From: a virus
Lineage: Duplodnaviria; Caudoviricetes
Length of the DNA stretch: 33,902 nt
IMG/VR virus record: IMGVR_UViG_3300049828_000060
Location: 1 to 33,902 of that record
Reading direction: 5' to 3' (one strand)
The notes beneath the pieces are model-generated. The model was given only the letters and a program-made list of their open reading frames with translations, was not told where the DNA came from and did not search any database. A program made the position numbers and the translations under genes. This document shows, piece by piece, positions 7,724 through 14,503 of the stretch. Every line of letters starts with the position of its first letter. Within the stretch, counting starts at the first letter, position 1.

Positions 7724-8488
7724 TTACCTCACAGTGAAGAGAAGTGATCCGCTCTTGGACCGCTTGATGGTGAGAAGATCGCAGTAAACTTCCCGCTCGT
7801 TGTCACCGACCATTGCTTTCAGGTCTGACTTGGCGTTGTCAAAAGCCTTAGCTGCGTCCTTGTTCTGGATGTAGTCATGCGCTCGGCTGATGAACTCGTT
7901 GTCATGGCTGGCGTCTCGCTTGACCATCTGGTCCACCGGGATTTTGTCGATGGAGATTTGCGGCGTATCGACACCAACAGGTTCTTGATCCCGTAGAACG
8001 TAGCCCCAGAAGTCAGACACCACTGCCCACATTGAATTGAAATACTCTTCGTTGCGCGAGACATAGGCTGACTCCCACTTGCTGTTGCCAAAGATCACTG
8101 ACAGGTAAGCGCCATCTGCATTTGCAAGCTTGGCGTATAGCTGCACCTGCGGCATGTACCGTTCAATCACTGCATCCATAGTGTTGAAGTGGTTGGTGTG
8201 TTTGGCTTCGACAATCTCGTTGCCCCACTTGGCGTCGATGGTTCCAACAGCAGGGACATTGCCGATGGTCTGGCTGAACTTTGCTTGATGATCGTGAAGC
8301 AAGCAGCCGCGCTGAACCTGAAACCAATTGAGGTTGAACGACTCAGTGTGTGAGCCAAGCTGAACTGCGATGTTGTTGCTGAGGTCGTCGCTCTCCTTGC
8401 GTCCTGTCTTGACCTGCCAGAGATCAAGCCAGTCCCCTTCAAGAATGCGAACGCAATCAGACCCGCCGATGAAGCCAGTCCTAATCAT
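7724..8488 (-). CDS. YqaJ-like viral recombinase / lambda-exonuclease family protein
   Basis: R.GFIGGSD, LWQVKTG, G.IDA...VEAKHT, YMPQVQLY. Confidence 0.9.
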   Translation of the reverse strand: MIRTGFIGGSDCVRILEGDWLDLWQVKTGRKESDDLSNNIAVQLGSHTESFNLNWFQVQRGCLLHDHQAKFSQTIGNVPAVGTIDAKWGNEIVEAKHTNHFNTMDAVIERYMPQVQLYAKLANADGAYLSVIFGNSKWESAYVSRNEEYFNSMWAVVSDFWGYVLRDQEPVGVDTPQISIDKIPVDQMVKRDASHDNEFISRAHDYIQNKDAAKAFDNAKSDLKAMVGDNEREVYCDLLTIKRSKSGSLLFTVR

Positions 8489-8519
8489 AGTGTTTCTCCC
8501 GTTTGTTATCCCAGTAATT

Positions 8520-8548
8520 ACACTACTGCTTATGTGCAGCTATGTAAA
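8520..8548 (-). promoter_or_regulatory. Sigma70-like promoter for the recombination operon with a palindromic operator in the spacer
   Basis: TTTACA-N17-TAGTGT on the minus strand; the spacer contains CTGC-N6-GCAG. Confidence 0.55.
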
Positions 8549-8990
8549 GGTCATACTTCTGAAGCTGATCTTCAGTGACATGCTCAAGAAGTTGCTTGCG
8601 TTTGGGTCCGTGCAGCCATGATTCACAGATCGATTCTCCTGCGTTTACACGCTTGACTGCAATTTGAAGTGGGTCGATACGCCAAGACGTAGAGTCTGCG
8701 CTGTGCGCGGCTATTTGGCGGCTCTGCGCTGAAGCCCGCGCTGCGTCGATGAACTCTTTGATTGTCGGCAGGGTGCGGCTCTTGGCAGATCGTGAAACCT
8801 CCTTCGTAATTGAAGCGAGGAGGTTTCCGATCTGCTCTGCTGAGAGGGGTGATGGCAGGTTGGCGTTGATGGCTTCGATCACATCCATCGCTGACACCTT
8901 GGCGTCCACATCCCGAGGCATGTTGAACCTGATGATGATGTCAGACTTAAACCAGTTAGAGATGTGCGAGATGCGTTGACTATAGTCCAT
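8523..8990 (-). CDS. Putative helicase loader/inhibitor (lambda P / G39P-like by position)
   Basis: Directly downstream of the initiator; SRTLPTIKEF motif. Confidence 0.5.
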   Translation of the reverse strand: MDYSQRISHISNWFKSDIIIRFNMPRDVDAKVSAMDVIEAINANLPSPLSAEQIGNLLASITKEVSRSAKSRTLPTIKEFIDAARASAQSRQIAAHSADSTSWRIDPLQIAVKRVNAGESICESWLHGPKRKQLLEHVTEDQLQKYDLYIAAHKQ

Positions 8991-9660
8991 CGAGTGCATC
9001 CCCCCATCCTGACTTGGACTTGCGCTCTACCTTCTCAGCCTCAAGGTCGTCTTCCCAACGCTCACCATTCAACCACGTTGATGCGTGTGGGATAAACTTC
9101 TGTTCGGTTCCTGCCTCTGCCACATGCTTGGCGTAGGCCAGTGCTGCTTGAACAATTAGGTTAGGATCGGTTCTTGTTGCTGCTCTGGTAAATGCAGCAC
9201 GGGCATCACCCTTCCCAATGCGGCGGGGGTATGCCTGCCAGAAGGCGAGGAAAAAGGGAGTGTCGAGGGGGTGTGCAGATTTTGCACCCGAAGTAGTAGT
9301 ATAGTTAGCTACTCTTTTCTTAGTAATATCTAACCTAGTAATATTACTATCTACTTCGTGTGCAGAATTTGCACGGGTATCGTCTTCATCTGGCATGTCT
9401 TGCTCCATAGATGTGATGATATAGATGTTCGATCCACCTGAACGTGGTTCGATGCGAAGGTATCCTTCGTCTTCAAGGTACTGGATTGCGGTGACTACAG
9501 ACCGAACAGAGACACAGGCATCATGCGCTAGTGTCTCCCTAGATGGCCAGCATTCTCCATTGCCATTGGCATAGCGGGCTATCGCTAAGAGAACGACCTT
9601 GGCTGTAGGATTTTTGATGCGCGTCAGCGCAATGTCTGCTAACAGATCGAAGTGGATCAT
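8980..9660 (-). CDS. Phage replication initiator (lambda O-like; N-terminal HTH_36 wHTH)
   Basis: AKVVLLAIARYAN..GECWPSRETLA...VSVRSV..AI..LED.GY; C-terminal FWQAYPRRIGK and FIPHASTWLNGERWED; GGGGAG RBS. Confidence 0.88.
   Translation of the reverse strand: MIHFDLLADIALTRIKNPTAKVVLLAIARYANGNGECWPSRETLAHDACVSVRSVVTAIQYLEDEGYLRIEPRSGGSNIYIITSMEQDMPDEDDTRANSAHEVDSNITRLDITKKRVANYTTTSGAKSAHPLDTPFFLAFWQAYPRRIGKGDARAAFTRAATRTDPNLIVQAALAYAKHVAEAGTEQKFIPHASTWLNGERWEDDLEAEKVERKSKSGWGDALDGL
9271..9374. other. Putative replication origin within the initiator gene
   Basis: Two palindromic GTGCAGA(T/A)TTTGCAC units (9273-9287, 9360-9374) flank an AT-rich tract with TAGTAATAT repeats. Confidence 0.7.
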
Positions 9661-9719
9661 GAGGGTGACTCCCCTTTCATGGTTCAGGCCGACGCTGCTC
9701 TCCCCAGCTAGGCCATCAT

Positions 9720-9755
9720 ATGGGCGGGTCGAGTGCGTCAACACTCCCCGCCCAT
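9720..9755 (-). promoter_or_regulatory. Long hairpin upstream of the initiator gene with TTGACG in its loop
   Basis: Minus strand ATGGGCGGG-GAGTG-TTGACG-CACTC-GA-CCCGCCCAT, then TATGAT. Confidence 0.5.
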
Positions 9756-9768
9756 TCTTCTTAGCAGA

Positions 9769-10014
9769 TCACTGATGTTCTGGCCACCAGAGTTTGTCTT
9801 GCGTCATGCTGTAGTGGCCAACAACTTTATTGTAATCAGCAAGGTGATCTTCTCTGACCTTACGTTCGCAATGGATAGGCCATCCTTTATTTTTTAAATC
9901 ATAAATTCGAGCGGCCAATCTAAAGCATCCAAACATTTGCAATGCTTGTAGTGGCGTAATAGTTTTCCCTGTTTTCAAGTAGTTAAGGATTTGTTGGTTC
10001 TGCGCTTCTGTCAT
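9769..10014 (-). CDS. Small winged-helix DNA-binding protein (HTH_39-like)
   Basis: QNQQILNYLKTGKTITPLQALQMFGCFRLAARIYDLK. Confidence 0.8.
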   Translation of the reverse strand: MTEAQNQQILNYLKTGKTITPLQALQMFGCFRLAARIYDLKNKGWPIHCERKVREDHLADYNKVVGHYSMTQDKLWWPEHQ

Positions 10015-10330
10015 TGCTGCTCTCCATCAGCTTGTGAAATGTTTCGCCGGACATAATCACGACGACTTGCGGCTCTCCTCTTCGCCGCTTGTAGATAGCT
10101 AGGTCACGGTTGGTCAGCACAGTGAAGGGACTTGGGAAGCTGGACGCATCCCGGTACTTCACCTCTGTTACCAGTCGGTGTCCCATGATTTCTGTGATGA
10201 TGTCCCCTGAATACTCTCCTCCCAATGCGCCCGAGAGGGGCTGGCGTTTAGCTGGGAGGCCAATCTTTTTGAGCCAGTCGACAACCCAGTTCTCATGGTA
10301 GGTTCCTTTGGCTTTGTTTCTGTTGGGCAT
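9983..10330 (-). CDS. Holliday junction resolvase (PD-(D/E)xK, Hjc-like)
   Basis: NKAKGTYHE, KRQPLSGA, GDI....EVKYR. Confidence 0.8.
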   Translation of the reverse strand: MPNRNKAKGTYHENWVVDWLKKIGLPAKRQPLSGALGGEYSGDIITEIMGHRLVTEVKYRDASSFPSPFTVLTNRDLAIYKRRRGEPQVVVIMSGETFHKLMESSNDRSAEPTNP

Positions 10331-10452
10331 TGGTCGCTTTCATAGCAGGACATGCAGATCAACCAGTGACCACCGTATTGCTTTAAGATGGCAACGAAGT
10401 TGGCGACATGCGAGTTGCAGTTGTCACACTTGATTCCGCTGGACGACCTCAA
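10168..10452 (-). CDS. Possible zinc-finger protein overlapping the resolvase
   Basis: CDNC...CMSC pair fills the 10331-10423 gap; TTG start; 163-nt overlap lowers confidence. Confidence 0.4.
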   Translation of the reverse strand: MRSSSGIKCDNCNSHVANFVAILKQYGGHWLICMSCYESDQCPTETKPKEPTMRTGLSTGSKRLASQLNASPSRAHWEESIQGTSSQKSWDTDW

Positions 10453-10675
10453 TGTCGTAGCCCAGTGCGTCCAGCCAGCACATCAGCATAAACCCAGAGG
10501 GTATACGCTTGTGAGTTTCCCATTTGTGGATCAGCGATACCGTACATCCGATGATGTCAGCTAGTGCTTCTTGGCTTAAACTTCGCTCGGATCGTGCGAG
10601 GATTAAACGAGACACCAGCTCTTCGTAGTTCTTCGGTATGCTTACGGGCTTGTTGAAGTGCGTGAAGTTTTTCAA
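10424..10675 (-). CDS. XRE-family HTH regulator
   Basis: LILARSERSLSQEALADIIGCTVSLIHKWETHKRIPS. Confidence 0.8.
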   Translation of the reverse strand: MKNFTHFNKPVSIPKNYEELVSRLILARSERSLSQEALADIIGCTVSLIHKWETHKRIPSGFMLMCWLDALGYDIEVVQRNQV

Positions 10676-10838
10676 TGGCCTGCATCACCCTCGCTGCTGT
10701 CTCATGGCGAAGCTCCGTATCACCGTTGATTGTGCGATAGTAGGTAGAGGTTGGGATGTCAGCCTCTTTGAATGACTTCAATAGGCTGAGTCCACACTCT
10801 TCGGCTCTGTCTTTGAGGATGTTCAGGTATGATTTCAT
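10557..10838 (-). CDS. Cro-like HTH protein, possibly leaderless
   Basis: GLSLLKSFKEADIPTSTYYRTING..ELR; no SD, but a promoter/operator lies immediately upstream. Confidence 0.65.
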   Translation of the reverse strand: MKSYLNILKDRAEECGLSLLKSFKEADIPTSTYYRTINGDTELRHETAARVMQAIEKLHALQQARKHTEELRRAGVSFNPRTIRAKFKPRSTS

Positions 10839-10847
10839 GCCGGAATA

Positions 10848-10873
10848 ACTGCATGGTCGCAGCTATAAGTCAA
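10848..10873 (-). promoter_or_regulatory. Promoter with second copy of the CTGC-N6-GCAG operator
   Basis: TTGACT (10873-10868), then ATAGCTGC-GACCAT-GCAGT, 10 nt before the ATG at 10838. Confidence 0.55.
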
Positions 10874-11003
10874 CCTCGTTGAGTATTTGTCTTACAAAGT
10901 TAAGGCATGAGGCGGCAGGAAGGTAGCCAATCAGCTTCCCATCCTGCCATACATACACTCCATCAGGTCTCGTCGTCAGGATCACTGACGTATCCGTTCC
11001 CAT
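10863..11003 (-). CDS. Small hypothetical protein (start uncertain)
   Basis: MGTDTSVILTTRPDGVYVWQDGKLIGYLP; fills the gap in the operon. Confidence 0.45.
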   Translation of the reverse strand: MGTDTSVILTTRPDGVYVWQDGKLIGYLPAASCLNFVRQILNEVDL

Positions 11004-11148
11004 GACAACACTCACACACTTCGATTCTGACATAGATATCTCCATACGGATTGCTAGAAGACATGCGTGAGTAGTGTTCAACCTCCACCTCGCCTTGCCC
11101 TCCACATTCAGGGCAGTCAATCCACCCCTCAGAATATGATGTCGTCAT
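10963..11148 (-). CDS. DnaJ-type CxxCxGxG zinc-finger miniprotein
   Basis: CPECGGQG and CECCHGNG; GAGG RBS. Confidence 0.75.
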   Translation of the reverse strand: MTTSYSEGWIDCPECGGQGEVEVEHYSRMSSSNPYGDIYVRIEVCECCHGNGYVSDPDDET

Positions 11149-11341
11149 CTAGTGGTGCCTCATAGATATGTTGATGCTCCTGCTCCCAAGCATTGGTTGC
11201 CCGTGAGATAAACTTCTCGCGGTTAAACTTGGGGTTCGAGGCTGCAAGTTTATCTGCTAGATCATGCAGTACACTCGGCCAGCCCACCATAGGGCCGACC
11301 GTATCTGCAATGAAATCAAAGTGTTGGCGTGACATCTTCAT
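11129..11341 (-). CDS. Conserved small phage protein
   Basis: MSRQHFDFIA...LADKLAASNPKFNREKF; GAGGA RBS; ends DDIIF. Confidence 0.7.
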   Translation of the reverse strand: MKMSRQHFDFIADTVGPMVGWPSVLHDLADKLAASNPKFNREKFISRATNAWEQEHQHIYEAPLDDDIIF

Positions 11342-11540
11342 GTTTTCTGTCCTCTGTCCGATAATCTTTGTGTTCGATTGGTTCACAAACCAGTGTGTCT
11401 CCATCGTGGTGATAGAACTCTACGCAAATCTGTTCGCCTCGCGCATCAACTCCAACAAACATGTAGACAGTGAAGTCATTGAACCTGTTTACATACTGTC
11501 TAAGCGTTGTGATTTTGTGCTTTGAAACTATAGTCGTCAT
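11316..11540 (-). CDS. Hypothetical protein
   Basis: ATGA overlap with DUF932 gene; GGGGAG RBS. Confidence 0.6.
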   Translation of the reverse strand: MTTIVSKHKITTLRQYVNRFNDFTVYMFVGVDARGEQICVEFYHHDGDTLVCEPIEHKDYRTEDRKHEDVTPTL

Positions 11541-12367
11541 GCGATTTCTCCCCAGAGTTTGTGTTGCATTGCCTTGGCAATCGCATCTTCACGATTGCGG
11601 CGGGCGACTTCAGGATTCTTCAGGTCGCTGGTGTGGCTAGCCCAGTAGGTTAGGCAGTTATACAAAGCCCACTTGTTGGACCCGAGTTGGTCTGCTTCGT
11701 CACCCCAGATAGAAAGCAGGCGCTCAAGCTGACGCTCGTTGGTCTTGCCTGCCTGCTGCATGGTGTATGCCTTGGCAACAGTGGCCTTGAAGAATGTCTC
11801 GGCCATGTCCGTGGTGACACGGGCTGACATCCAGTTACGCCATAGATCAGGCTGCGTCAGAAACATGTCGAGTGCGTTAATCATCTTGAGCGAAGAGCCT
11901 TCGATGTTGATCGACTCGGTGTGCTTGAAGCGAGACTGCGCTGCATGTTGTGGTGTGGTGCAGCCATTGAGACAGAACAAGCGAAGGCCATCGGCTGCTT
12001 GGCTGAATGCCCAGCTTGCATCGTAGCTGTTGAAGAAGCTGATGCGGAACTTAACAAAGTCACCGACCTTTGGCTGCACAGTCAGATCGTTAAACAGAAT
12101 CTCACCGCGTAGCTTGCGACCACCTTCAACCACTGAGAACTTGGTCGTGTAATCTTGGCTGACGTTGGCTGTCTTCAGTGCATCCATCATGCTGTTTACC
12201 ACATCGTCATGCTTAACGATGCGATAGCGTGAGCCGTGAACACCAAGCACTTCGTTGGTATCAGTCCGCATTACGCACTGCTGATCTGGAATTGGATTGC
12301 CGAACTTGTCATAAACTTCCTGCATCTCAACGGGAAATGCGAAGGCTTCAGGCTGCATGTCAAACAT
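11537..12367 (-). CDS. DUF932/DUF945-family protein
   Basis: RTDTNEVLGVHGSRYRIV, NSYDAS, RLFCLNG, FKHT, NKWALYNCLTYWASH; GGAG RBS. Confidence 0.85.
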   Translation of the reverse strand: MFDMQPEAFAFPVEMQEVYDKFGNPIPDQQCVMRTDTNEVLGVHGSRYRIVKHDDVVNSMMDALKTANVSQDYTTKFSVVEGGRKLRGEILFNDLTVQPKVGDFVKFRISFFNSYDASWAFSQAADGLRLFCLNGCTTPQHAAQSRFKHTESINIEGSSLKMINALDMFLTQPDLWRNWMSARVTTDMAETFFKATVAKAYTMQQAGKTNERQLERLLSIWGDEADQLGSNKWALYNCLTYWASHTSDLKNPEVARRNREDAIAKAMQHKLWGEIA

Positions 12368-12378
12368 TGGTTCTCTCC

Positions 12379-12567
12379 TTATTGCATTGACAGAACGGCG
12401 GTGACATCCGAACACCAGATGCCATCTTGCGGTAGGTTGAATTGGTCACGCTCTTCACCAGTGAAGAAGGTTGCCTGATCGTAGTCGGTCCAGCCAAACT
12501 TGTTGGACCAGAAGACAGGTTTATCGCCAGTCATTGACGGCTTATGTGCGATCACAAAGTTAATCAT
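12379..12567 (-). CDS. Small early protein (WSN..GW motif)
   Basis: VFWSNKFGWTDYDQATFFT..ER...NLP; GAGGAG RBS. Confidence 0.7.
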   Translation of the reverse strand: MINFVIAHKPSMTGDKPVFWSNKFGWTDYDQATFFTGEERDQFNLPQDGIWCSDVTAVLSMQ

Positions 12568-12736
12568 TGGTTCTCTCCTCTATCTTGATTGCCTTGCGCC
12601 ACTTGTAGATGGACGCGATTGATACATTCATTTTCTCTGCGGCTTTTTCAGTTCCGATTTGCTTTGACAGTCGAACCGCTTCGAGTCTCGTCGTGTCGTC
12701 CAGCCCGTAGTCCGGGTGGTATGGTGAGCGTTCCAT
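12560..12736 (-). CDS. Small HTH protein (58 aa), not in the ORF track
   Basis: MERSPYHPDYGLDDTTRLEAVRLSKQIGTEKAAEKMNVSIASIYKWRKAIKIEERTND; GGGAGG RBS. Confidence 0.75.
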   Translation of the reverse strand: MERSPYHPDYGLDDTTRLEAVRLSKQIGTEKAAEKMNVSIASIYKWRKAIKIEERTND

Positions 12737-12759
12737 GTGTGATCCTCCCGGTCAGTGGC

Positions 12760-12843
12760 TCAGGGTGTGAGCCAAAGACCTCCGAACAGAATGGCAAACA
12801 GTAGGACTGATCCGATTGCTGCGTCGATGATGTCACGTTTCAT
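12760..12843 (-). CDS. 27-aa single-TM peptide, not in the ORF track
   Basis: MKRDIIDAAIGSVLLFAILFGGLWLTP; GGAG RBS. Confidence 0.6.
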   Translation of the reverse strand: MKRDIIDAAIGSVLLFAILFGGLWLTP

Positions 12844-12866
12844 AGCTATCTCCAGCGTTGTGAAAT

Positions 12867-12884
12867 GGGGGGCCGAAGCCCCCC
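12867..12884 (-). terminator. UUCG hairpin after the first early gene
   Basis: GGGGGGC-TTCG-GCCCCCC then ATTTC. Confidence 0.55.
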
Positions 12885-12894
12885 GTGAGGGGCC

Positions 12895-13302
12895 TCAGGA
12901 TGCGAGGCCAAACTTGGCGAGGCGGCTGTCGATGCCGTGGCCAGTTGCGACGTGGGTGCGCTTGGGACGTGCGGTCCACTCTTCGCCAGCGAGGAGGAAG
13001 TACACTCCCTTGTCGGCGGCATGACGCTCTTCGAGGATGGCAAGCTCGGCTTCCATCTGCTCATAGCGGTCAAGCAGGCGTTCCAGTTTGACATCGGTGA
13101 TTTCTTGTCCACGCTGGGGCAGAAGGTCTTTGATCTCAGCGGCAAGGTCGCCCATCTGTCCCGTGCCAGTACGCTTCCACATGAGGCTATTGTAGCTGGT
13201 GAAGCAGGCATCCCGTGCCATGGAGATTTCAAGGTATTCGTTACCGTTATGGTATTTGATGACGGCGAGTTTCAGATCGACAAGGTTGGTTTGCTTAGTC
13301 AT
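12895..13302 (-). CDS. First early gene, helical hypothetical protein (135 aa)
   Basis: AGGAG RBS before MTKQTNL; GQEITDVKLERL...Y...GEEWTARP motif. Confidence 0.75.
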   Translation of the reverse strand: MTKQTNLVDLKLAVIKYHNGNEYLEISMARDACFTSYNSLMWKRTGTGQMGDLAAEIKDLLPQRGQEITDVKLERLLDRYEQMEAELAILEERHAADKGVYFLLAGEEWTARPKRTHVATGHGIDSRLAKFGLAS

Positions 13303-13582
13303 GTCTAGGTCTCCTGTTTGTTGGCGAGGACCACCCTCGCCATGAGTGCAAGACGCACCTGCGAGTAACCGACGAAGGAGGCTTGCAGTTCGCAAGCGTA
13401 ATCCCCCAAAGGCGGATGTGTTCGAGGGCGCAACGGAGACGCACAGACCAACAGCGACTGTGCAAAAGGATTATGCTTGCGAACTGTTACCGCTGGTGCG
13501 ACGCCAGCATGAAGGGCGAGGTGGCCACAGCAGAACAGGAGACCGCCAGACGCGCTGAGCAAACCAACCTTGGAGCGTCTGA
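13272..13582 (+). promoter_or_regulatory. ~310-nt nested imperfect inverted repeat; candidate ssDNA (Frpo-like) promoter or structured RNA
   Basis: Concentric stems 13281-13298/13555-13572, 13308-13323/13528-13544, 13331-13341/13515-13524, 13354-13368/13487-13500, 13386-13404/13468-13486. Confidence 0.7.
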
Positions 13583-13640
13583 CACTGGCCCTTTTAGTAT
13601 GCCTTATCACGTTTAGCTGTAACAATCGACCAAAGCAGGG

Positions 13641-13654
13641 TTTGTGCGTTGACA
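13641..13654 (+). promoter_or_regulatory. Late promoter motif copy 1 (terS)
   Basis: TTTGTGCGTTG overlapping a perfect TTGACA, about 50 nt before terS. Confidence 0.6.
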
Positions 13655-13701
13655 GCCCTTTAGCAGAGGTGGCTTATGGGGGGGACATAGGGGGGGCTGA
13701 C

Positions 13702-14088
13702 ATGGTAGGTAAAGCACCTGCAACGAAGGACAGGATGACACCGAAGCAAAGGGCGCTGGTTGAGGCGTATGTTGCAAACGGTGGTAACCTGACGAAAGCC
13801 GCAGCAGAAGCAGGATACGCTGAGGGCAACAGCGGAAGAGTCACAGCGTGGAAGAGTATGAAGCTACCACATGTGCAGCAGTACCTGATGCAGCAGACAG
13901 CAGCGGCGTTCAGTACACATGCAGCGATGGCTGTACACAAGGTCGCTAGCTTGGCACAGAAGGCAAAGAGTGAGTATGTACAGCTCGAAGCGAGTAAGGA
14001 CATATTGGATCGTGCTGGGTTCAAGCCGATAGACAGGGCACAGGTGCAAGTCGCTGGAGACATTAGAGTTTCCATCGATCTTGGCTAG
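13702..14088 (+). CDS. terS: Terminase small subunit
   Basis: MTPKQRALVEAYV....NLTKAAAEAGY HTH, SEYVQLEASKDILDRAG; first late gene. Confidence 0.85.
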   Translation: MVGKAPATKDRMTPKQRALVEAYVANGGNLTKAAAEAGYAEGNSGRVTAWKSMKLPHVQQYLMQQTAAAFSTHAAMAVHKVASLAQKAKSEYVQLEASKDILDRAGFKPIDRAQVQVAGDIRVSIDLG

Positions 14089-14215
14089 CGGAGAAAAGTT
14101 CCGGTGAATGATTCTGTAAGGTAGGGGGTGGGGGGAAAACTGAGAGACACAAGGTTACATATAGTCCCTCACTCGTATTTTTTCCCACCAAGGTTCGCTA
14201 TCAAGGAGATGATTG

Positions 14216-14503
14216 ATGAGAGTTGGAGTGATGATTGGTTCGAGGTTCAAGGATCGAGTTCCTGAGCGTCAGCCTTTTGGTGACAGCACTGTAGCTAAGA
14301 TGGGGATGGGGAATGGCGAAGAGTCCAGCGTGGCAGCGGAAGGCGGGGCAGAACCCAGAGGGCGGGCTAAACGCCGCCGGAAGAGCCAGTTACAAGGCGG
14401 AGACGGGGGGAACCTTGAAGGCTCCGGTGAAGTCGGGGGACAATCCGAGGCGGGCCAGCTTCCTAGCGCGGATGGGGTCGATGCCGGGACCGGAGAAGGA
14501 TGA
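14216..14503 (+). CDS. Hypothetical protein overlapping the next gene
   Basis: AAGGAG RBS before the ATG; 191-nt overlap with 14313-14621. Confidence 0.4.
   Translation: MRVGVMIGSRFKDRVPERQPFGDSTVAKMGMGNGEESSVAAEGGAEPRGRAKRRRKSQLQGGDGGNLEGSGEVGGQSEAGQLPSADGVDAGTGEG

Noticed and set aside
11514-11524. TTTGTGCTTTG as a fifth late-promoter motif
   Set aside because: Deviates at the purine position and lies antisense inside an early gene; an antisense promoter cannot be excluded but is unsupported
12560-12736. IS transposase remnant
   Set aside because: Only a short HTH with a good RBS; no catalytic domain or terminal inverted repeats
13305-13625. ORFs of 70-106 aa in the early/late divergence
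   Set aside because: No convincing RBS or protein features; the region is better explained by the nested inverted repeat
13570-13701. Extended TerS N-terminus from TTG at 13570
   Set aside because: Overlaps the hairpin arm and promoter motif; ATG 13702 gives a typical TerS length
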